37,468 nucleotides of DNA from a bacterium (lineage in GTDB: Bacteria; SZUA-182; DTGQ01; JAFGSM01), in assembly GCA_049472315.1 (NCBI GenBank), contig JBLIRN010000031.1, positions 1 through 37,468 on the forward strand, read 5' to 3'. Shown here piece by piece: positions 1 to 6,998 of this stretch (its first letter is position 1; each line of letters begins with the position of its first letter). The notes under the pieces are model-generated. The model had not been told where the DNA came from. It searched no databases and was given only the letters and a program-made list of their open reading frames with translations. The position numbers were made by a program, and so were the translations under genes.

Positions 1-1
1 G

Positions 2-88
2 TGGCTGGTCACCATCGTAATGACGGCCGTGGTGGGCATCGCCCCCATGGTCATGGGCTACAAGCAACTGGAGCATATGGAGTACTGA
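2..88 (+). CDS. 3' end of a membrane protein gene entering from the left (possibly an ABC-2-type permease)
   Basis: Frame 2 reads WLVTIVMTAVVGIAPMVMGYKQLEHMEY*: a hydrophobic helix and short tail, stop at 86-88. Confidence 0.5.
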   Translation, partial: WLVTIVMTAVVGIAPMVMGYKQLEHMEY

Positions 89-235
89 CACCCTGGACCT
101 CTCTCCATACCCTTTCAACCTGGCGGCAAACCAATAGAGATGCTTGGCACACATCGATGCCTCAGGGCATCCATCATTGTCCTTCCCTTCGTGCAGTACG
201 TTTCTTCCGGACGTACTGCATCGTATCCCTGTGAC

Positions 236-598
236 TTATTTGATTGAACCATCTCGCAACCCTCGGTTTCGCACGATCCGGATGTACCTTCTCAGTATCC
301 CCACGAGGACGGCATCTTGGCACAATGCCCGGGCCTCCCGCTCCACATCGTCGTCATGCCTGATGACCCCGAGGAAATGGTAGTAGTGGATGCTCAATAC
401 CTCGTGCGCCCAGGTCACCTCCTCGGTGCCCCCTTCGATGTCCTGGTCGAAAAGGATTTCCCTGTGCTCAAACCGGACGAACCCCACAATGCGTCGTTGC
501 CGGTACGGCTGGTATACCTCGGCGGAAAAGTCATCGTACCGGATCGTGAAGGTCTCCAGTATACGATCGAGTAATTTTTTCCATTCGAATGCGGTCAT
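236..598 (-). CDS. Small hypothetical protein, ImmA/IrrE (M78) metallopeptidase-like
   Basis: 120 aa; 'VTWAHEVLSIHYYH' followed by 'DVEREA' resembles the HExxH...ExxA layout, but the second His is displaced; GGGGA RBS-like sequence upstream. Confidence 0.5.
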   Translation of the reverse strand: MTAFEWKKLLDRILETFTIRYDDFSAEVYQPYRQRRIVGFVRFEHREILFDQDIEGGTEEVTWAHEVLSIHYYHFLGVIRHDDDVEREARALCQDAVLVGILRRYIRIVRNRGLRDGSIK

Positions 599-1031
599 GG
601 TCCCCTGATCGGGTGCAGGAATGAAGATGTTCTCTGTTTCACATTATATCACATGAGGTATGCGGACAATTCACGGGTGATTGTATACGGTGCATCCTGG
701 TGCGATTGCTGACGGACTATCTATCCGTGGAATGGAAGCCGGATGGCGCCAAATGCCGATATAAAGTAGAAGAGGCCCTGTTTTTCATTGGCATACGTAT
801 GCATCATCCGGAGGTAATGTTCGTGCTTGCATATATAGGGATCGCCCGGGAGACCTATAGTGCCCGATTCAGGTCCAGCCGGACCGGTATGGCCCGGCGT
901 GCCTTTCCTTCTGTGCCTTTATATCACCTGTATCCGGATGCTGTTTTGTCTTCAAGGGATGTCGGCGCTGCTTCCTGCGGGATCATACACCATGGTGACG
1001 CATGGGGAAGTGAAGGGGGCGTTGTCGCTCC

Positions 1032-2096
1032 ATGAAGACATTGCTCGGGCAGCCGGTGTTTACCGCAGGGGGGAGGCCCTATTATTGGGAGGATGTGGTT
1101 TTCGCGGCAATGGCCTGGGGGGAGTGGGGCCCGTTGAGGGAAGAGGTGCGCGAGGGACTATCATGTGCAAAGCGGATGCGGGAAACGGGGGAATCCCCCA
1201 CGGATGAGGAGATGGAGAACGCACTGAGGGAGTATCGATACCAGCACAGCCTGATATCGGGTGAAGAGGTGGATGTGTGGCTCCGGCAGTGGGGGCTGGG
1301 AATCGTGGATTGGATGAAGTATGTGTGTATGTCCCTGCTGAGGAAGAGGTGGGCGGACAGGATGGGGGAGATCACGAACCGCTTTCCAGTCAACGATGAA
1401 GAAATAGAGGGTGCGGTCAAGACCGTGGGGGTATGTTCCGGTCGACTGGTCAGCCTGTGCCGCAAGCTGGCGGTGCGTGCATCCATACATAAACGCGGGT
1501 CGGGCGAAGGGGGATCATTGGCATCAAATGAAAAGGGATTGCTCGAGACATTCACCCGGAATATACAGGAATGCGGTGAGCCCTATGGCACCCCGGAGGC
1601 CGTGGGTGAGAGGCTGAAGGACCTTGCCTGCGCGGAGGCATCCTATCGGGATTTCTGCGCAGCGCAGTGTACGCCGGATGCGATCCGCAAGGAGATACAA
1701 TCGCACAATATCGAGTGGATCCGGATCGATTGCCTGTGTCTCTCCACCCTTGACGAGCAGGCGGCCCGGGAGGCGGCGCTGTGTGTAAGGGAAGACGGGG
1801 AAGGGATCGGCGATGTGGCTGAGCGGATGAGATGCACGGTACGCGTGGATCATTTCTACCTCGAACAGGTGGAGCCTTCACTGTACGGCCCGTTTCTGTG
1901 CGCCCGGAAGGGTGAGCTGATCGGTCCCGTTCATGCCGGCGGTCATCCCAGCCTTTTCCTGATACAAACCAAGGTGATGCCGTCGGATGACGATCCCTTG
2001 TTGCGGCAGAGGGCACAGGATGCGATCCTGGACCATCTCTTCGATTCCGAGATACGGCGAATGGTTCGTTGGGAAACCATCATCCACAAGGAGTAG
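1032..2096 (+). CDS. PpiC/parvulin-related chaperone-like protein of the type found beside C39-ABC exporters
   Basis: 354 aa; SurA-like helical N-half (EMENALREYRYQHSLISGEEVDVWLRQWGL) and a degenerate rotamase C-half (AAREAALCVREDGEGIGDVA...ARKGELIGPV); ends 5 nt before the ABC transporter start. Confidence 0.65.
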   Translation: MKTLLGQPVFTAGGRPYYWEDVVFAAMAWGEWGPLREEVREGLSCAKRMRETGESPTDEEMENALREYRYQHSLISGEEVDVWLRQWGLGIVDWMKYVCMSLLRKRWADRMGEITNRFPVNDEEIEGAVKTVGVCSGRLVSLCRKLAVRASIHKRGSGEGGSLASNEKGLLETFTRNIQECGEPYGTPEAVGERLKDLACAEASYRDFCAAQCTPDAIRKEIQSHNIEWIRIDCLCLSTLDEQAAREAALCVREDGEGIGDVAERMRCTVRVDHFYLEQVEPSLYGPFLCARKGELIGPVHAGGHPSLFLIQTKVMPSDDDPLLRQRAQDAILDHLFDSEIRRMVRWETIIHKE

Positions 2097-2101
2097 CTCA
2101 C

Positions 2102-5100
2102 ATGGAGAACGAGTATTCGGTGCTCAATAACCTTTCGATCTTCGCACTGCTGCCGAAGGATGTCAAAGAACTGGTCATCAACAGCTTTGTGCCGGTTTCC
2201 TACCCTTTCGGTCATATCATCGTGAAGGAGGGAGAGCCTGCGGATGCCTTCTATGTCTTGGCCTCAGGGAGGGCGCGCGTGGTGAAATTGGATGCAAACG
2301 GGGACGAGATCTCCCTGTACCTGCTTCGACCCGGGGATACCTTCGGAGAAATGGGGCTGCTCTCTCAGACGGAAAAGAGGAGGATGGCAACGGTCCGCGC
2401 AAGCACCGAGGTCGTCGCCTTCAGGCTCGATGCCTCGCTGTTTCAGGGGCTCATCAACACGAATCCGGAGATCAGGGAATACTTCGAATTGCAGATACGC
2501 TACCGAAATCTGCATAATTTTTTTCTGGAATACACTCCGTTCGCCCGTCTTCCCATTGCGGCCTTGAAGACCTTGCTCTCCGAGGCCAGGGAGATCCCCG
2601 TCGAGCCGGGCGAGGTGGTCATCCGGGAGGGGGATGAGGCCGGCCCCATGTACATCGTGGAGGATGGAAGGCTCAGGGTCTTTACCGGAGAGGGCGACAA
2701 CCGGGTATACCGGGCATATCTGAGGAAGGGTGACTTTTTCGGGGAATTATCCATGTTCAAGGGGATCAGCCGCTCGGCATCCGTTCAGGCCCTTACCCCG
2801 TGCAAGCTCCTCATGCTCATGCGGGAGAGCTTCAGGATGATGATCGACAATTACCCTGAATTTATAGCCCGGATCGAGGAGAGGATCTCTCAATACGACT
2901 ACCGTCACATCGACGGCGTACCCCTGGATTTTCACCAGGAGCTTCTGGGCGGCGAGGGGCAGGAGGAGAAGGAGGAGGAAGCGGGTCTACCGGAAGAGCC
3001 CGAGGAGGAATATACCGACACGGCGGTGAGCGCCACGCTCGGCCCCTTTGCCACTCCCGAGGGGCTTTTTGTGAAAAGAAACAAGAAGAGGATACGCTGT
3101 TTTCCCTATATCTGGCAGGGGGATGAAGGCGACTGCGGTGCGGCGAGCCTGGCAATGGTGTGCAGGTTTTTCGGTAATCATGTGGGATTGAATCACCTGC
3201 GTCAGTTGGTATACACCGGGGTGGAAGGCACCAGCCTGAAGGCGATCTGCCGGGCCGCCCGGGAACTGGGGCTTGAGGCCCGCGCCATTAAGGCATCCAA
3301 ACGCAACCTGCACAAGATGCCGTTGCCGGCTATTGTCCATCTGAAGGGGGATCACTGGGTGGTCCTGTACGATATGGACAGGCGGTATGTGAATGTGGCG
3401 GACCCTGCGGTGGGGATCAAGCGCATCGAGCGCGAGGAATTCGAGAGGGAATGGACGGGGTATGCAGCCCTTTTCGATTACTCGCACAAGGGGGAGAGGG
3501 GTTCGGAGGAGACCTCGTTTGTGCAATGGCTGTGGCCCTTTTTCCGGCCCTTCAAGGGCGTTGTCGTCAAGATCATCGGGGTGACCATTGTCATCGGTCT
3601 CCTGCAGGTTTCGCTCCCGGTATTCATCCAGAGGCTCATTGATGGAGGGATTGTCGCCCAGGATCAGAGGCTGCTTTCGGTGTTTGCCGTTTCCATGGCG
3701 GGGATCGTGGCACTTATGGCCATTGCCCTGGCGCTCCAGCGATACCTCCTGAGTTTTGCCTCGGTCCACATAGATATCTCAGCCATGGACGCTATTATCA
3801 AAAAACTGTTGGATCTACCCATGGCATTTTTTAATTCGCACCTCAAGGATGGTGTGCAGCAATGCATCGAGGGGATACGTCCGCTGCTCGATTATGTGGT
3901 GGGAAACGGTGCGGATATCCTGGTGGCAGTGACACAGATCGTGTTCTCCCTGGTACTCATGGTGTATTACAGCCCTGCCCTGGGATTGGTATTTTGTGCA
4001 ATGGTCCCCCTCCTGTTCCTGCTCATGGGATGTTCCACCCGGCGATTGAAGCTCAACCTCAATGTGCGTGAGGAGTTTTTTGCCAAATACTTCGCCATGG
4101 AACGTGACATCGTGCAGGGGATAGAGACCGTCAAGTCGACGGGCTCGGAGGAGATGCTGAGAAAGAGGGCACTTGAGCAATTCCGCGGGGCAACGGCCCC
4201 CCTTGTAAAGGCGGGCTTCACCCTCATGTGGTATGACGGGATCGTCAACCTGATAGGCCTTTTTGCCGTTGCCCTCTTCTGGTGGATCGGGGCGCGTCAG
4301 GTGCTGCACTGGCAGCTCACCATCGGCGGATTGGTTGCCTTCGGTTTTCTGGTGGCCCTCGCTACCCGGGCCATCGGCACCCTGTTTTCCGGATGGCAGG
4401 ACGCCCAGTCCCTGGTGAGAATCTCCCGGAGGTTGCAGGATATCATGGATCATGAACCGGAACAGGGGAGCAACCACTCCGCACTCAAGCCGGTAAGGGC
4501 CCTTGACGGCCGGATTCGGTTTCAAAATGTCAGCTTCCACTTTGGAGGGCCGGAATCTCCATGCATACTCAATCACATCAGCTTTGATGCCCCCGCGGGT
4601 AAAAGGGTGTGTATAGTGGGACGCAACGGTTCGGGGAAGACCACGCTGCTTAAGTGCATTGCCGGGATTCTGGACCCGACCGGGGGGGCGGTATTCTATG
4701 ACAATGTCGATGCAAAGACATTGAATCACCGTGATCTGCGCAGGCATTGCGGCCTGGTGCTCCAGGAGAATCACCTGTTTGATGGGAGCATAGCACAGAA
4801 CATCGCACTGGGTGAGTGGGAGCCGGATATGGATCAGGTGCTTTGGGCGGCGCGTCTGAGCAATGCCCATGCATTCATAGAGGGGCTGCCACTCGGGTAT
4901 GATACCAGGGTGGGAGAATCCGGCCTGGTGCTCTCCGCGAGTCAACGCCAGCGCATAGCGATCGCGCGGATCCTCTATCACCGGCCGTCGGTCATCCTCT
5001 TCGATAACGCCACCTGCTTCCTGGACAGGGATTTCGAAAACGCATTCATGGAGAATATGAACAGATTTCTGGCGGGCCGGACCTGTTTTTTTGTTGATAA

Positions 5101-5305
5101 CAGACACTCTCATATCAAGGATGCGGACCTCATCATGGTATTGGAGAAGGGAATACTGGTCGAGCAGGGGACCTACAGTGAGCTCATGGCAATGGGAGGC
5201 ATTTTTTGCCAGCTTTTCGGTACGGAGCCGGAAATGAAAAGGGCACGACGTTCCGAAAAGATAAGGGAGGGGTCTGAAAATGTGCCATGCGGTTTATGCA
5301 GATGA
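2102..5305 (+). CDS. Peptidase-containing ABC transporter (2x cNMP-binding + C39 peptidase + TMD + degenerate NBD)
   Basis: AAGGAG RBS before ATG 2102; two cNMP domains (GDTFGEMGLL...RMATVRA; GDFFGELSMF...RSASVQA); C39 motifs QGDEGDCGAASLAMV, HWVVLY, VADPA; multi-helix membrane domain; Walker A GRNGSGKTT. Confidence 0.92.
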   Translation: MENEYSVLNNLSIFALLPKDVKELVINSFVPVSYPFGHIIVKEGEPADAFYVLASGRARVVKLDANGDEISLYLLRPGDTFGEMGLLSQTEKRRMATVRASTEVVAFRLDASLFQGLINTNPEIREYFELQIRYRNLHNFFLEYTPFARLPIAALKTLLSEAREIPVEPGEVVIREGDEAGPMYIVEDGRLRVFTGEGDNRVYRAYLRKGDFFGELSMFKGISRSASVQALTPCKLLMLMRESFRMMIDNYPEFIARIEERISQYDYRHIDGVPLDFHQELLGGEGQEEKEEEAGLPEEPEEEYTDTAVSATLGPFATPEGLFVKRNKKRIRCFPYIWQGDEGDCGAASLAMVCRFFGNHVGLNHLRQLVYTGVEGTSLKAICRAARELGLEARAIKASKRNLHKMPLPAIVHLKGDHWVVLYDMDRRYVNVADPAVGIKRIEREEFEREWTGYAALFDYSHKGERGSEETSFVQWLWPFFRPFKGVVVKIIGVTIVIGLLQVSLPVFIQRLIDGGIVAQDQRLLSVFAVSMAGIVALMAIALALQRYLLSFASVHIDISAMDAIIKKLLDLPMAFFNSHLKDGVQQCIEGIRPLLDYVVGNGADILVAVTQIVFSLVLMVYYSPALGLVFCAMVPLLFLLMGCSTRRLKLNLNVREEFFAKYFAMERDIVQGIETVKSTGSEEMLRKRALEQFRGATAPLVKAGFTLMWYDGIVNLIGLFAVALFWWIGARQVLHWQLTIGGLVAFGFLVALATRAIGTLFSGWQDAQSLVRISRRLQDIMDHEPEQGSNHSALKPVRALDGRIRFQNVSFHFGGPESPCILNHISFDAPAGKRVCIVGRNGSGKTTLLKCIAGILDPTGGAVFYDNVDAKTLNHRDLRRHCGLVLQENHLFDGSIAQNIALGEWEPDMDQVLWAARLSNAHAFIEGLPLGYDTRVGESGLVLSASQRQRIAIARILYHRPSVILFDNATCFLDRDFENAFMENMNRFLAGRTCFFVDNRHSHIKDADLIMVLEKGILVEQGTYSELMAMGGIFCQLFGTEPEMKRARRSEKIREGSENVPCGLCR

Positions 5306-5409
5306 TGTCTGCACTGCATGGGTGCCCTGGGAATTGATCCCCGGGAGTGCACTGGCGCCATACCAGGACGCCAGGGAAAAATGTGCCTGGAGGGCTGGTT
5401 ATTATTGAT

Positions 5410-6414
5410 ATGCACATAGACCGATACATCGATCAGCAGGTGAACCTGAACGACTGCACCCTCGATGACTTCAGGACTGCGGATGCATCCATGCAAGGCT
5501 GTCTTGAGATGGCTAAGATCGCCTCCCAGACGGACCTGCCCATTCTTATCCATGGCGAAACCGGCTCCGGTAAGACCCTGCTTGCAAAGGCAATACACAA
5601 CTCCTCCAAGAGGTCGGAAGGCCCCTTTGTCTCGTTCAACGCTGCGGCCCTCAGCGATACGCTCTTGGACAGTCAGTTGTTTGGGCATGAGAAGGGTGCA
5701 TTCACCGGGGCCGAAAAGGGGGTCAAGGGGAAATTCGAGCTGGCCGACAAGGGGACGCTGTTCATCGACGAGATTGCGGACATGAGCACTGTTGCGCAAT
5801 CGAAGATCCTGAGGGCGGTGGAGTACGGCGAGTTCGAAAGGCTCGGTTCGGAGAAGATCCTGATTGCCGATGTGCGGCTCATTTCTGCCACTCATCTCCC
5901 ATTGCAAAGCTTCATGGAGCTCGACAGGTTCCGGAAGGACCTGTTCTACCGCCTGTGCGGCATCAGGATCTGCATCCCCCCTCTCAGGGAGCGGCCCAAT
6001 GACCTGCGCACCCTTGTGGCCGCGGAGATTGTGGCTGCAAATCAAAAACAGGGCAAGTCAATAAGGGCACTGGACAAGAAGGCTGCGGACAGGCTCTTTG
6101 TCTATCACTGGCCGGGAAATTTGAGGGAACTGAACCGGGTGGTCAATGCCGCCGTTGCCATCACGAAGGGGGACGTGATCAAGGGGGACGCGATCCTTAT
6201 CGACAGGATGGAATTCCCGGAAACCTCTGCCGAACCGGAATCGAGCGGGTCCTCCCTTGACGTTGATGTGGGTTTGTCACTGGAGGAGGTTGAGCAGCGC
6301 TACATCAGAATGGTCCTCGAGAAGATGAACGGGAACAAGAGACAGTCTGCCAGGATATTGGGCATTTCCAGGGCAACCCTTGACCGGAAGCTGGCATTGT
6401 ATGCGTCGCGTTGA
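5410..6414 (+). CDS. Sigma-54-dependent enhancer-binding activator without N-terminal sensory domain
   Basis: Walker A GETGSGKT, LFGHEKGAFTGA, Walker B TLFIDEI, FRKDLFYRL, WPGNLREL, C-terminal Fis-type HTH (GNKRQSARILGISRATLDRKL). Start may be ATG 5410 or GTG 5347. Confidence 0.95.
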   Translation: MHIDRYIDQQVNLNDCTLDDFRTADASMQGCLEMAKIASQTDLPILIHGETGSGKTLLAKAIHNSSKRSEGPFVSFNAAALSDTLLDSQLFGHEKGAFTGAEKGVKGKFELADKGTLFIDEIADMSTVAQSKILRAVEYGEFERLGSEKILIADVRLISATHLPLQSFMELDRFRKDLFYRLCGIRICIPPLRERPNDLRTLVAAEIVAANQKQGKSIRALDKKAADRLFVYHWPGNLRELNRVVNAAVAITKGDVIKGDAILIDRMEFPETSAEPESSGSSLDVDVGLSLEEVEQRYIRMVLEKMNGNKRQSARILGISRATLDRKLALYASR

Positions 6415-6498
6415 GGTGTATAGAAACCTTACTTTCGTGATCATAATGCAGGCATACTACCATGACCGGCATTGGTAAGCTGTATAAAAAGACAAGTA

Positions 6499-6511
6499 AA
6501 TCAATAGTTTA
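6499..6511 (+). promoter_or_regulatory. IHF binding site
   Basis: AATCAA-TAGT-TTA is an exact match to WATCAANNNNTTR, with an A-rich tract upstream, 15 nt before a sigma-54 -24 box. Confidence 0.7.
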
Positions 6512-6526
6512 ACAGTAAAAGATGAC

Positions 6527-6542
6527 TGGCATAGGCCTTGCA
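6527..6542 (+). promoter_or_regulatory. Sigma-54 (-24/-12) promoter
   Basis: TGGCATAGGCCTTGCA: TGGCA, GG-N10-GC spacing and TTGCA; about 40 nt upstream of ATG 6581. Confidence 0.85.
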
Positions 6543-6580
6543 TTTTATGGTGGTATCTTCCCTTTAGATAGGGGTGTTGT

Positions 6581-6859
6581 ATGAAGGGGAAGGGATTCAA
6601 AGGACACGATAACACAACGATAATACACATCGAGGATCTTGTGCCCATCGATGATGTCAGGGGTGGATCGGGCAGGATCCTTTTCGGGGAGAGGGGCGAT
6701 CTTTCTCGCACCAGCCTCTTGTCCCGTGCTCAAAGGGGCATGGGGATCGTTTCATGCCGTCACCCCGGTTTCATGTACATCCTTGCGGCAGGCTGGAGGT
6801 GGTGTCTTCGGAGGGTGATTATGCGGCGGGGCGGCCGCAGGTCCGAGAATAAACGATGA
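6581..6859 (+). CDS. Putative double-glycine leader precursor peptide
   Basis: MKGKGFKGHDNTTIIHIEDLVPIDDVRGG|SGRILFGE...; acidic/hydrophobic leader ending V-R-G-G at aa 26-29; GGGGTG RBS; own sigma-54 promoter; near a C39 transporter. Confidence 0.65.
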   Translation: MKGKGFKGHDNTTIIHIEDLVPIDDVRGGSGRILFGERGDLSRTSLLSRAQRGMGIVSCRHPGFMYILAAGWRWCLRRVIMRRGGRRSENKR

Positions 6860-6998
6860 TCGGCCGTCCGGGGCCGCGGTGAATCGCGGGTGATCACGGA
6901 TGTTTCGGCCCATCAAAGGTTTTAGCGCATAGGTGAGCAGGAAAGCGAGGTGAAGGAAATGTAATGACAACAACCACAGTCAATTGCAGAGGTGATCC

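Noticed and set aside
789..803. TGGCATACGTATGCA as a sigma-54 promoter for the PpiC/ABC operon
   Set aside because: GG-to-GC spacing is 9 nt, not the required 10.
700..1207. ORFs 700-1035 and 860-1207 as genes
   Set aside because: No recognisable motifs, weak starts, and overlap with the 1032 gene; more likely regulatory DNA.
3815..5113. Long antisense ORFs (also 8403-9590, 16486-17700, 16584-17543, 25236-26030)
   Set aside because: Shadow frames of well-supported genes in GC-rich DNA, with no motifs of their own.
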